A stretch of DNA of 64,000 bases from Sulfolobales archaeon (GCA_038841535.1 JAWBTQ010000002.1:77463-141462), one strand, 5' to 3'. Positions 18,313-28,240 are shown, counted from the first letter of the stretch. Notes: a model not told the origin generated them from the sequence alone. Translations and numbers: made by a program.

Positions 18313-19137
18313 CTACACCCCTAGCGAGACTCCATCTTTCTTTAGCTCGCTTATGAGCTTCTCAATAGCGACATCGACATCTGAATCGGTGAATATTTTA
18401 CCTCTCCTCCTGATCTCGATCCTCCACATTCTTACTACTCTAGTAGGAGATCCTACCAAACCAACTAAGGACGGGTCTAGACCGACCGCATCAGCGTTCC
18501 ACACGTCTATATGCTTTCGCCTAGCGGCTAGTACTTCCCTCAGTGATGGAATCCTGGGCTGATAGCTGGTGCCAGCAACACTCAAGACCGCAGGGAGCTT
18601 TACCTTCATAACAGAGTATCCTCCTTCAATCAGTCTCTTGACCACAGCATAACCATCGTGAATCTCCAAAATTCTGTCGACATATGATACAGTAGGTATA
18701 CCGAGCCATTCACCTACTTCAGGTCCTATGTGCCCTGTGTTGCTGTCTGAGGACTCGATTCCGCAGAGAACAAGGTCTACTATTCCCAGCTCCTGCTCAA
18801 TCTTCTTAACAGCTAATGAGAGAGCGTATGAAGTAGCTAGAGTGTCAGACCCTGCTAACCGAGGGTCACTGAGAAGAACTACTTCGTCAACACCCATCGC
18901 TAGCACTTCTCTGAGAGCGTCTACTGCGTGCGGGGGCGCCATGGCTACACCCACTACTTTACCACCGAGTTTCTCCTTGAGCTGAATAGATGCTTCAACA
19001 GCGTACTTATCGTAGGGGTTCACTACGAGCTTTACAGCCGACCTATCTATCGTTCCGTCTGGTCTGAATCTTACTACTGCTTTTGGATCTACGACTGGCT
19101 TAACCAACACGACTATGTTTACTGGAATAGCACTCAC
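18313..19137 (-). CDS. etfB: electron transfer flavoprotein beta subunit
   Basis: 274 aa. VLVKPVVDP, NPYDKYAVEA, DLVLCGIESSDSNTGHIGPEVGEWLGIP. Five nt separate its stop from the etfA start. Confidence 0.9.
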   Translation of the reverse strand: MSAIPVNIVVLVKPVVDPKAVVRFRPDGTIDRSAVKLVVNPYDKYAVEASIQLKEKLGGKVVGVAMAPPHAVDALREVLAMGVDEVVLLSDPRLAGSDTLATSYALSLAVKKIEQELGIVDLVLCGIESSDSNTGHIGPEVGEWLGIPTVSYVDRILEIHDGYAVVKRLIEGGYSVMKVKLPAVLSVAGTSYQPRIPSLREVLAARRKHIDVWNADAVGLDPSLVGLVGSPTRVVRMWRIEIRRRGKIFTDSDVDVAIEKLISELKKDGVSLGV

Positions 19138-19172
19138 CCGTAGTACTAGTAGCTTTGAGCTGTTATACTCAA

Positions 19173-20393
19173 CTACCTTCTTCTAGCTATGTATTCTTTC
19201 CCTAGTACTTCGCGAGCAACTATAAGCCTCATGATATCGAGAGAACCTTCAGCCCAGTCGTAGCTCTTAACAGCTTTGAGAGCTAGTGCCACTGGGTTCT
19301 CTTCAGTGTAGCCGTACGCACCATACCATCTGAGAGCGTCGTCTATAGCTGCCTTAGCGGCCTGCACAGCGAAGAGCTTTGCTGAAGCAGCTATCTTAGT
19401 GACCTCGAACCTACCGATTCTACCTTCCTGCTCCATCTTTAGAGCCCACAGGGCCTTATACGCTAGAGCGTGAGCTGCCTCAAGTCTAGCCCAGTTGTCG
19501 GCTAACTGGAACTGTATGCCCTGGAACGTGGCCACAGGCTCTCCAAACGCCCTCCTCTGTTTAGCGTATTCAGCCGCAAGCTCTATAGCTCTCTTACCTC
19601 CTACAGCACATGCTAAAGCAATATAGGCTCTCGCATGGTCGAATCCCTCCATAGCTATGTAGAAGCCTCTGCCCTCATCTCCTATTCTATAGGTTTCGGG
19701 TACTCTAACGTTGTTGAGTACGAAGCTACCGAACGACCAACCCTTCCTCCCGAACTCTTTCTCTAACCTAATCGTAATGTTAGGGTCAGTTAGCGGTACG
19801 AAGAACAAGCTCATACCTTTATGCTGCTTAGTCTTATCTGTATAAGCCAGTGTAACATGTCCACCACCTAGCTCAAACCAAGCATCCTTCTCTCTAGCTT
19901 CTCTAACTCCGGAAATGTACGCTTTCTCACCTGAGATTACATACCCGTCTCCATTCTTCTTAGCTGTAGTAGTTATTCCCACAAGGTCTGAGCCAGCCCC
20001 AGGTTCTGTAGTAGCTATACCGACCCAGAGGTCGCCTCTAGCAGCTTTCCGTATAACGTCCTCCCTGAAATCATCGCTGCCGTACTTATACGCGACATAA
20101 CCCCACGATGTGTGAACCAAATAAGCCACAGCTAGTGAAAACGTTATGTCAGCTCTAACTATCTCCTCTAGAACTATACCTGCTGTAACCGGGTCTAGCC
20201 CCAGGCCATCGTATTTCTCAGAAAAGAGAATTCCGAATAAACCAAGTCTTGCCATCTCCCTAGTGATTTCTATAGGTATTTCCTGCTTTTCCTCAAACTC
20301 CACAACCTTCGGAGCAATATACTTTTCCGCAAATTCTCGTACTGTCGACCTTATGTCCTCCTGCTCTTTAGTAAACTCAAAATCTAGCGGCAA
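19173..20393 (-). CDS. acyl-CoA dehydrogenase
   Basis: 406 aa. The N-terminus PLDFEFTKEQEDIRSTVREFAEK, then TEPGAGSD, YISGV, AFGEPVATFQGIQFQLAD and YEGSLDI-like WAEGSLDIMRLIVAREVLG match the ACAD family. TTG start. Confidence 0.9.
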   Translation of the reverse strand: MPLDFEFTKEQEDIRSTVREFAEKYIAPKVVEFEEKQEIPIEITREMARLGLFGILFSEKYDGLGLDPVTAGIVLEEIVRADITFSLAVAYLVHTSWGYVAYKYGSDDFREDVIRKAARGDLWVGIATTEPGAGSDLVGITTTAKKNGDGYVISGEKAYISGVREAREKDAWFELGGGHVTLAYTDKTKQHKGMSLFFVPLTDPNITIRLEKEFGRKGWSFGSFVLNNVRVPETYRIGDEGRGFYIAMEGFDHARAYIALACAVGGKRAIELAAEYAKQRRAFGEPVATFQGIQFQLADNWARLEAAHALAYKALWALKMEQEGRIGRFEVTKIAASAKLFAVQAAKAAIDDALRWYGAYGYTEENPVALALKAVKSYDWAEGSLDIMRLIVAREVLGKEYIARRR

Positions 20394-20582
20394 CTACTAC
20401 ACCATTACAGAATTATCGAGTTCAATATAAGCTAGAGTATTACTTATCTCTCTTCGCTATGAAGCACCAGATTGCCCCCGAGTTCCCAGTGATAACCACT
20501 CCTGCTTCAAAAGCCCACGCACGTGCGCTAACCCAGCTGTTTCTAAAAAGAAGAATTGATGAAGGGAAGTCTACTGGGGAAG

Positions 20583-21350
20583 TTAGCTTTGCCACTTAGG
20601 CTTCCTCTTCTCTAAGAAAGCCGACACACCTTCCCTAGCTTCCTCAGATGATACAGCCACGTAGAACATCGACCTCTCGAGTTCTAGGCCGGGTGCTAGG
20701 ATAGCCCTTACGGACCTATTGATTACTAACTTGGCTATAGAGAGGGCTACCGGGCTCTTCTGGCAGAGCTTTGTTGCGAGAGCTATAGCTTCATCCATTA
20801 GTCTCTCCGGTTGAACAACTTTATGTACTATTCCCAGCTTTAAGGCCTCCTCTGCTGAAAATACCTCACCGAGCATGACGATCTCTCTCGCTTTAGCTAG
20901 ACCAGCTATAGCGGCTAGTTTCTGAGTAGCACCCCACCCAGGCGTAATTCCGAGATTAATCTCCGTAGACCCGAATGCCGCGTTCGAGGACGCAACTACG
21001 AAGTCGCAGGAGAGAGCAAGCTCGAATCCACCTCCTAAAGCATAGCCGTTAACAGCTGCTATAACAGGCTTAGACATGTTCTCGATGAACTCGAAGACCT
21101 CTCTACCTAGCTCAATAAACCTTCCGATGTCTGCAGAACCTCTAGTAAACTCTGTGATGTCTGCACCAGCACAAAAACTCTTACCAGTTCCCGTAATAAC
21201 CACCGCCCTAACCTCTGGATCCCTCTCTGCTTCCTCTAATGCCTTTCGCAGATCTGCCAGAACCTCCCGATTTAGCGCGTTAAGCTTTTCAGGCCTGCTT
21301 AGGGATATGATGGCTACCCTTTCCCTCTTCTCGTAAGCTACGTACTTCAT
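20583..21350 (-). CDS. enoyl-CoA hydratase (crotonase family)
   Basis: RPEKLNAL, FCAGADI, AAVNGYALGGGFELALSCDF, GITPGWGATQKL. The start was moved to ATG 21350 (MKYVAYEKRERVAIISL), 16 nt after the stop of the upstream gene; the track ORF extends to 21425 and would overlap it. Confidence 0.9.
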   Translation of the reverse strand: MKYVAYEKRERVAIISLSRPEKLNALNREVLADLRKALEEAERDPEVRAVVITGTGKSFCAGADITEFTRGSADIGRFIELGREVFEFIENMSKPVIAAVNGYALGGGFELALSCDFVVASSNAAFGSTEINLGITPGWGATQKLAAIAGLAKAREIVMLGEVFSAEEALKLGIVHKVVQPERLMDEAIALATKLCQKSPVALSIAKLVINRSVRAILAPGLELERSMFYVAVSSEEAREGVSAFLEKRKPKWQS

Positions 21351-21366
21351 CTCCGTACCGATCACC

Positions 21367-22233
21367 CTACCTATAGGTATGGAACCCCCTGCCCGACTTT
21401 CTCCCAAGGTACCCCGCAGCGACAAGCTTCCTTAATAGAGGGGGTGGGTGGTAAGCTTGGCTTCCAGTTTCTCTATATAGTATCTCTGCAATCCCTAAGA
21501 GGACGTCGAGACCTATGAAGTCTGCTAGCTCTAGTGGCCCCATCGGCCAGTTATAGCCTAACTTCATAGCTTGATCGATATCAATAGCAGTTGCGACACC
21601 ACTCTCGTATAGCCTTATGGCCTCGAGAATAGGTAGCACACCGATTCTATTAGCTATAAAGCCCGGTGAGTCTTTACACACTACAGGGACCTTACCAAGT
21701 TTCTCAGCTAGGGACTTCACTGTCTCAACCGTTTCGTTAGATGTGAGAACCCCTCTCACAACCTCAACTAGCTTCATAACCTGCGGAGGGTTGAAGAAGT
21801 GCATACCCACTACTCTATCCGGTCTCCTAGTTACTGCTGCGAGAACCGTTACGCTGAGAGTCGAGGTATTGCTAGCCAGGATTGCGTTAGGTGGAGCAGC
21901 ATCATCTACTTCCTTAAAGACTTTCCTCTTAACATCAAGGTCCTCGAAAACGGCCTCAATAACTAAGTCAGAGTCTCTTACAGCCTCTTGAATGCTTGTC
22001 GTACTGCTAATCCTAGACAAAGCTTCGCGTGCCTGCTCCTCTGTTAGCTTACCTCTCTCGATGGCTTTCTTTAAGCCGAACGGTCCCTCCCATACGAGGT
22101 TTAACCCCCTCTTTAGCGCTTCCTCAGAGACATCTACAGCTACAACTGTAAAGCCTGCCTGAGCAAAGACTTGAGCAATACCTGAACCCATAGTGCCGAA
22201 CCCGACAATAGCTACCTTACGAATTTCTACCAA
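21367..22233 (-). CDS. 3-hydroxyacyl-CoA (3-hydroxybutyryl-CoA) dehydrogenase
   Basis: 288 aa. VAIVGFGTMGSGIAQ Rossmann motif, ASNTSTLSV, GMHFFNPP, PGFIANRI, GYNWPMGPLELADFIGLD. TTG start. Confidence 0.9.
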   Translation of the reverse strand: MVEIRKVAIVGFGTMGSGIAQVFAQAGFTVVAVDVSEEALKRGLNLVWEGPFGLKKAIERGKLTEEQAREALSRISSTTSIQEAVRDSDLVIEAVFEDLDVKRKVFKEVDDAAPPNAILASNTSTLSVTVLAAVTRRPDRVVGMHFFNPPQVMKLVEVVRGVLTSNETVETVKSLAEKLGKVPVVCKDSPGFIANRIGVLPILEAIRLYESGVATAIDIDQAMKLGYNWPMGPLELADFIGLDVLLGIAEILYRETGSQAYHPPPLLRKLVAAGYLGRKSGRGFHTYR

Positions 22234-22402
22234 GGCTTAAACCCACTACAGGAATTAGCAGAAAAATTATATCTATTCTCAGTCTCGGGTTAGGTGGGAC
22301 CGCAAGACAGATTGTGGAGGCTTTAGTTGCTCTAGTGAGCAATGGTTTGAGACTCGCTCCTTAGTTTGCGTACTATAGCGTCACAGAGTGAGTACACCAG
22401 CT

Positions 22403-23119
22403 CTATATGACCATGCCTGTCAGGAGTCCGGCTACGAACCCGAGTGTAGCGTACTCGTCGTGTTCATGTCCGAAGATTTCGGGAGCTACCTCGTGTACTA
22501 CTACGTACAGCATGGCGCTAGCAGATAGAGCTAGGAGTACTGGGAGAGTAACTGCTGTATCGACAAGCCCTATGAGAGAAGCTATTGCGGAGAAGAACTC
22601 TGATACTGCGCTAAGCACTCCAGCGAGGAAGCCTAGCGAGGCCTTCCTCGACGAGGCTACGACGGATAGAGACACTATTAGACCCTCAGGAACGTCCTGT
22701 ACTGCTATTGCTATAGCAGTAGCTAGGCCCGCCTCCGGGCTGTGTATAGATGTGGCGCCAACTGCTAGACCTTCTGGGATATTGTGTATTGCTATAGCTA
22801 GGGCGACAAGAACCAGGTTCCGGTTCTCCTTCTTGCGAACGACCCAAGTATGTGGGATGAAGACGTCTATGGACTTAATTAAGATAAAACCGAGCGTAAA
22901 CCCCAGTAGCGAAAGCCGTAGCCCCCCAATTTCAATCGACGGGATGAGGAGCTCTACAAACGCTACGTAGACCATGAGACCGGAGCCGAATCCTAGGGCA
23001 ACATCAATGAACCTCTCGTCCAGACTTACGCGAAGAAAAACGAGGACAGAACCAAAAACAGTTGCTATGGTTGGTATGAGGCCGTAGACTACAACCCTCA
23101 GCACTAAGTCCTCAATCAC
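22403..23119 (-). CDS. ZIP-family divalent metal (zinc) transporter
   Basis: 238-aa polytopic membrane protein with the paired ZIP motifs HNIPEGLAVG and QDVPEGLIVS. The antisense 187-aa ORF is a shadow. Confidence 0.85.
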   Translation of the reverse strand: MIEDLVLRVVVYGLIPTIATVFGSVLVFLRVSLDERFIDVALGFGSGLMVYVAFVELLIPSIEIGGLRLSLLGFTLGFILIKSIDVFIPHTWVVRKKENRNLVLVALAIAIHNIPEGLAVGATSIHSPEAGLATAIAIAVQDVPEGLIVSLSVVASSRKASLGFLAGVLSAVSEFFSAIASLIGLVDTAVTLPVLLALSASAMLYVVVHEVAPEIFGHEHDEYATLGFVAGLLTGMVI

Positions 23120-23198
23120 TTGCTACAACACCCCGCTTTACTGAGTGCTTACTGCGTTAGCAGGCTATCTCGAACTGGAGTGCCAGCTATTTCGCACC

Positions 23199-23732
23199 CT
23201 AACTCTTGCTTAAGAGCCGGCTTCCATACTTGTTTATGTGGACTATATCCTCAACCGGCTTTCTAGGTCTCGGCTTAGGGCTTTCGTCTGGCCAGCCTAT
23301 GGCAACTATGGCTATAGGAATCTTGTGTTTGGGGGCTCTCACTATTTCTTGAACTATAGGTTTCTCCCTTTCTCCTACGCCTAGCCACACAGTCCCCAAC
23401 CCGAGCGCGTGCGCTGCCAGCATTAGGTATGTTACAGCGTTAGCGCAGTCCAACATGTAGAACGTGGGCGAGGCGGTTTCATCGCAGAGAACAACTATAC
23501 CTGCTGGTGCGTCGTGAAGTGCCTGCCTCCAGGGGTAGATGGATGCTAGGTCGTGCTTTGTCTTTAGGTCTACTACTATAACGAACTCCCATGGCTGACT
23601 ATTTCTCGCACTGGGAGCGAATCTAGCGGCATCGATAACTTTAATCAGCTGGTCTAGTGTCACAGGATCCTTTCTGTATTTCCTAATACTCCTTCGAGTA
23701 GTCAGGAACTTAAGGTAGTCTTCTAAACTCAC
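23199..23732 (-). CDS. nitroreductase-family FMN oxidoreductase
   Basis: 177 aa. TRRSIRKYRKDPV, AARFAPSARNSQPWEF, LGLGTVWLG. Confidence 0.8.
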   Translation of the reverse strand: MSLEDYLKFLTTRRSIRKYRKDPVTLDQLIKVIDAARFAPSARNSQPWEFVIVVDLKTKHDLASIYPWRQALHDAPAGIVVLCDETASPTFYMLDCANAVTYLMLAAHALGLGTVWLGVGEREKPIVQEIVRAPKHKIPIAIVAIGWPDESPKPRPRKPVEDIVHINKYGSRLLSKS

Positions 23733-23960
23733 GCTATCACCCGAGAACGACGCGCTTATTGCATTATATTCTTTCTACTTTTAGCTACGTATCGTAGAGA
23801 CCTTACTGGTCAAGCTCTAGCTAACTATGATATGCTGGTAGAGATTAGAGCCGTCAGTGAACTCAGTCCCGAACAAACCATCTCCTCTTGTAGATAGAGA
23901 TGAGACCCGGTCCATAGGAATCTTTAATACCTGTTTTCATATATTACATGGGTTATTGAG

Positions 23961-24224
23961 TTGAGAGTTAAGATAAGGGTTTACATGGACCTAGCAGATA
24001 AGGTCGGGTGGAGGGAAAGCGATGTACCAGTTAATGGCGAAACTTCCACCCTTAGAGAAATTCTTGAGAAAATCCAAGAACTTAGAGGCTTACTTGACGA
24101 GGGATTTACGGAGAGGTTCATCGTTTTAGTAAACGGAGTAAACTCGAGGCTATCTGGAGGCTTACTCACTAGAGTTAAGGACGGTGATGTCATAGACGTT
24201 TTTCCTCCAGCAGGAGGAGGCTAG
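23961..24224 (+). CDS. moaD: MoaD/ThiS-family sulfur-carrier (SAMP-like) protein
   Basis: 87 aa. The MRVKIRVYMDLADKVG... opening and the ...VKDGDVIDVFPPAGGG C-terminal Gly-Gly are classic MoaD layout. TTG start. Confidence 0.75.
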   Translation: MRVKIRVYMDLADKVGWRESDVPVNGETSTLREILEKIQELRGLLDEGFTERFIVLVNGVNSRLSGGLLTRVKDGDVIDVFPPAGGG

Positions 24225-24621
24225 AAGACGCATTACGACCCGATCTCGCAGCCATTCAGGTCTCAGAACTTTGAGTATTTTAACCTGTAGGCCGATTACG
24301 TTGTTATTAAGATAGCTAAAGCTAGTTTAAGAGTTCCGGCTATAACAGGTCGACTGAGTTAATTTCGTCTCTCCACATAAAACCGCCTCTGTTTCGAGTT
24401 CGTACTACCTTGAAGACGTTAAGGGGTACTTCAAGTATTTCACATAGCGATTATCCCTCAGGAAGAACTCCAGCGGGTTCTTTGATGTAGACGTCGACTC
24501 TCGTGAGTAAGCGGTTGAAACCTTTACAGATTTTTCCCAAAATAAGTAACAACATCAATCGATATAGGTCGGTATGATATATGGGGTCGGCTCTTTGAAC
24601 CCGATCGTGCTCAGGCAGTTC

Positions 24622-25719
24622 TTAAAGGGGGCAGAACGTTAACCCGTGGTAGAATGGGCAGTGCGCACACGTTGGGACGTTGCCTAGGCAGTCCCCATCG
24701 TTACTCCTAGTTAGAGCGCAGTAGCCTGCTAGTATGCACGTAAAGCACGATGGCATTTCATTAAAGGATAGTTTGTAGTAGAGCTTGGAGTATTCGTTTC
24801 TCCAGATATCCACTAGGAGCTCTTCGGTTGCGCTACCTAGCACGATTTCGTTTATAGATCTCTCAACACCTAATAGCCTAGTCCTCCATGTGCGCGAGTA
24901 GTAGAGGCATGGAGTAACCGAACCATCTACTCGAATGTAGAGAGCTTTGTTTTGAGCAAACGGACACGATCTATATGATCCGAGGGGAAGCTGGGGTACT
25001 GAAATCCTCAGTCCCATCTCTGGATACTCTCTCTTTGCTTTCTCTATGGACTCCTCAAACTTCTTAACGCAGCAAGTATCACCTAAGCAGTCAAGTCCAT
25101 GCTCTCCCTCTAGTGGTACGTAGTAGCTATACATTACCTCGTTAACTCCCAGTTCTCTAGCTAGCTTGAGTAGGTCTCCCGCCTCATGAGAGTTTAGCTT
25201 CGTAATAGTGAAAATAACCTTTATGGTCGGTCTCGTAACTAACTCAAGCCTCTTTAGCTCTACGACTTTCCTCAAGCTTTCGACTACCTCCGGTAGAACA
25301 CCTCCAACGCGAACTCTGCCGTAGAGCTCGAGAGTAGCCGCATCGATACTGACCACTATCTCGTCAACGTTCTCGGCTACAACTCTATAGAGCTTAGATA
25401 ACCTGTACCCGTTAGTATTCAGCACTATCTGAAGTCCCCGGCTTTTGAGAGACATTAGCACTTGCTCGAAGTGCGGATGGGTCGTAGGCTCACCCCAGCC
25501 AGTCAGAGTGACCTTCTCGATGCCTGACTGAACTAGGTTCTCTAAGATCTTGGAGAACTTACCCATATCCATATAGGTTTCAGTGAAGTTTCTCGCACTC
25601 CACCTAAAGCAGTGAACACACCTAAACTCACACAGTGTAGATATCTCCATAACGATTTCTCTAGGGCGTGCTTCACTTTTCAGCTCTATGACCCAGTTAG
25701 TAGTCTCGAACTTACCCAT
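24622..25719 (-). CDS. radical SAM / SPASM-domain protein, tungsten-oxidoreductase maturase-like
   Basis: 365 aa. A CEFRCVHCF (CxxxCxxC) radical-SAM cluster motif, GWGEPT, and a Cys-rich C-terminus (CPFAQ...TPCLYY...CFTCILAGYC...CLGNVPTCAHCPF) consistent with SPASM. The gene is divergent from an AOR gene, as for the cmo gene next to aor in Pyrococcus. Confidence 0.8.
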   Translation of the reverse strand: MGKFETTNWVIELKSEARPREIVMEISTLCEFRCVHCFRWSARNFTETYMDMGKFSKILENLVQSGIEKVTLTGWGEPTTHPHFEQVLMSLKSRGLQIVLNTNGYRLSKLYRVVAENVDEIVVSIDAATLELYGRVRVGGVLPEVVESLRKVVELKRLELVTRPTIKVIFTITKLNSHEAGDLLKLARELGVNEVMYSYYVPLEGEHGLDCLGDTCCVKKFEESIEKAKREYPEMGLRISVPQLPLGSYRSCPFAQNKALYIRVDGSVTPCLYYSRTWRTRLLGVERSINEIVLGSATEELLVDIWRNEYSKLYYKLSFNEMPSCFTCILAGYCALTRSNDGDCLGNVPTCAHCPFYHGLTFCPL

Positions 25720-25782
25720 CTTCGCTTACCTAGCTAATCCTGAAACAGAAAAAGTTTAAAACTGCTAATATAGTTTATAGAT
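25720..25782. promoter_or_regulatory. 63-nt divergent promoter region between the radical-SAM gene and AOR
   Basis: AAAGTTTAAAAC (25751-25762) is centred ~26 nt upstream of ATG 25783 and ~37 nt upstream of the minus-strand ATG 25719. TATAAACTATATTA lies on the other strand at 25766-25780. Confidence 0.4.
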
Positions 25783-27690
25783 ATGGTGGAATCTTTGCCA
25801 ATCGGAGGTTATATGGGTAAAGTTCTCAGAGTAGACTTGACAAACCAGAGAGTTATCGACGAGCCACTCCCTCCCGAAGACATCCTGAGGAAGTGGATAG
25901 GCGGTAGAGGTCTAGGGGCTTACTACATACTCAAGGAGGTTGATCCTAAGGTCGACCCACTTAGTCCAGCAAACAAGGCCATCGTAGCTACCGGACCTCT
26001 CACGGGTATAGTGGGGATACCTTCGTCTGGTAGATGGTGCTCCGTAACGAAGTCTCCACTTAACAACACTCTACACGATTCCCAGAGTGGTGGGAAGTTC
26101 GGTCCTGAGCTAAAGTTTGCCGGCTACGACGCAATAATAATTGAGGGTGCGTCTGAGAGGCCTGTGTACCTCTGGATCCATGACGGAAAAGCCGAGCTTA
26201 GGGACGCTAAGCACCTTTGGGGTAGAGATACTCACGACACTACCGACATCATACAGGAAGAACTAGCTCCTGTAGTAGGTAAAGACGAGGCTGCGAGAAT
26301 CAAGGTGGCCTGCATCGGACCTGCGGGCGAGAGACTTGTTAGGATAGCCTGTATAATCAACGACAAGAGTAGGGCCGCCGGTCGAGGAGGACATGGCGCC
26401 GTATGGGGTAGCAAGAAGCTTAAGGCTATAGCAGTAAGAGGACATATGAAGCCCCCCATAGCTAATGAGGCTAAGTTTAGAGAAGTTGTCGTAAAGTCTA
26501 TGGACCTCATAAAAAGGTCGGCGATTACTAGTGAGGCTTTACCGAAGTACGGTACGGCTGTTCTAGTCAACATAATAAACGCTCACGGGATCTACCCAAC
26601 TAGGAACTTCCAGACCGGTGTGTTCCCGACGGCAGATAAGACTAGTGGTGAAACTATTGCTAGAGAAATAATGGACTGGGAGAAGCAGAGGGAAGAGGTT
26701 TGCTGGGGTTGTCCGATTGCGTGCGCTAGATACACTAAGATAACTAAGCCACCATTCACAGGAGAGGGGGGAGGACCGGAGTACGAGACGGTTTGGGCTC
26801 TCGGTGCTCAAACCGGTACAGACGATCTAGCAGCTATATCTAAGGCAAACTATCTGTGCAATGAGCTAGGACTAGACACTATATCTATGGGTCACGTAAT
26901 AGGGACGTTCATGGAGCTTGTTGAAAAAGGGAAGATTCCTCCAGAGAAGCTACGCGGTCTAAGAGCAACATGGGGTAGCGGAGAGGCCTTAATCGAGCTA
27001 ACGTGGAGAACCGCTTACCGTAGCGGCATTGGAGACGACATAGCCGAGGGGGCTCTCAGGCTAGCCCAGAAGTACGGAGCACCCGAGTTAGCTATGGTCG
27101 TTAGAGGCCAGGAGCTACCAGCGTATGATCCGAGAGGTGCGCAAGGCCACGGGCTAGCGTACGCTACGAGTAACAGGGGTGGCTGTCACCTCAGGGCCTA
27201 CATGATCTCTCCTGAGATCTTAGGAGTTCCACAGTTACTCGATAGGTTCGAGACTAAAGGTAAGGCAGGGTGGGTTAAGCACTTCCAGGACGTATTCGCA
27301 ACTATAGATAGCTTAATTGTCTGCAAGTTCGTTACGTTCGCCTATTGGTCGGACGTCATGGCCGAGCAGCTATCAGCGGTAACAGGGTGGGACATAGCCA
27401 AGGAGGAGTTCGAGAAAATAGGTGAGAGAATATACAACGCGGAGAGAGCCTTCAACGTGTTGTCCTTTGAAGATGGAGAGCAGTACGATACACTACCCAA
27501 GAGGCTACTAGAGGAGCCCATGCCTGAGGGACCGGCTAAAGGGCATGTAGTTAGATTGAGCGAAATGCTCCCGGAGTACTACAGCTTGAGAGGTTGGGTA
27601 AGGGGTAGACCGACAAGAGCGAAGCTGGAGGAGCTAGACCTGAAGTGGTTAGCGGATAAGCTATCTGAAGCTAAATTACTCCTAGAGTAA
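25783..27690 (+). CDS. aor: tungsten-containing aldehyde:ferredoxin oxidoreductase
   Basis: 635 aa. GKVLRVDLTNQRV, GPAGERLVRIACI, canonical CWGCPIAC (C-x2-C-x3-C), GGPEYETVWALG, YATSNRGGCHLRAY, LIVCKF. Confidence 0.95.
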   Translation: MVESLPIGGYMGKVLRVDLTNQRVIDEPLPPEDILRKWIGGRGLGAYYILKEVDPKVDPLSPANKAIVATGPLTGIVGIPSSGRWCSVTKSPLNNTLHDSQSGGKFGPELKFAGYDAIIIEGASERPVYLWIHDGKAELRDAKHLWGRDTHDTTDIIQEELAPVVGKDEAARIKVACIGPAGERLVRIACIINDKSRAAGRGGHGAVWGSKKLKAIAVRGHMKPPIANEAKFREVVVKSMDLIKRSAITSEALPKYGTAVLVNIINAHGIYPTRNFQTGVFPTADKTSGETIAREIMDWEKQREEVCWGCPIACARYTKITKPPFTGEGGGPEYETVWALGAQTGTDDLAAISKANYLCNELGLDTISMGHVIGTFMELVEKGKIPPEKLRGLRATWGSGEALIELTWRTAYRSGIGDDIAEGALRLAQKYGAPELAMVVRGQELPAYDPRGAQGHGLAYATSNRGGCHLRAYMISPEILGVPQLLDRFETKGKAGWVKHFQDVFATIDSLIVCKFVTFAYWSDVMAEQLSAVTGWDIAKEEFEKIGERIYNAERAFNVLSFEDGEQYDTLPKRLLEEPMPEGPAKGHVVRLSEMLPEYYSLRGWVRGRPTRAKLEELDLKWLADKLSEAKLLLE

Positions 27691-27704
27691 ACATTAGCTT
27701 AAAC

Positions 27705-27711
27705 TTTTTTT
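27705..27711 (+). terminator. oligo-T tract downstream of aor
   Basis: A T7 run begins 15 nt after the aor stop. Archaeal termination commonly occurs at oligo-T tracts. Confidence 0.3.
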
Positions 27712-28240
27712 ACAGCTCCACACGATTCTTAACTGAGGACCATATTCGTTCTGTTGCGGATCTTCGCGACGACTACGTACTTTAGCCTAGGGAAAGTCTC
27801 GCGTGGATGAGCGCATTAAGCCGTTTAATCCTCAAGAACAAGCCTCGCTCATTACGAGCAAGCTGATTATAATGGTATGACCCCACTAGCTCCCACCCTT
27901 CATTCTCCCTCACTTAGAGGGTGTCTGGAGGGTTCCATAACCATATGTTCTACAGACTTTTAAACCTCTACTTATATACCTTACCTACATCAAGCCGGTA
28001 AGGCGATAATACAGTTCAAAAAGTGTTTCCTTGGATTACCCCCCAAATTAGCTCAGAAGTCGTTTTTAAACTACGAAGACTGGAAGAATGGTGAGTTCCA
28101 CTAGAGATTGATTGTTGGCACCTCGAAGAGCGTTTAATTCTTGGCTAAGGATAGAAAAGACGCAACTGCAGAAAATGATGGGCTCGATCTCCAAGGCAGT
28201 ACGGTATGGGCTCGGCCTCTTCTTATTGGAAGTCAAGTTC

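Noticed and set aside
22407-22970. 187-aa plus-strand ORF antisense to the ZIP transporter.
   Set aside because: It lies entirely inside the ZIP gene and its Ser/Thr/Ala/Arg-rich composition is typical of a shadow frame. The ZIP motifs are on the minus strand.
23780-23800. Recurring CTACGTA-type palindromes (for example GCTACGTATCGTAGA near 23785; CTACGTAG at 61572 and 62766), considered as a shared regulator site.
   Set aside because: The TACGTA core is a 6-bp palindrome expected many times by chance in 64 kb. The contexts are unrelated.
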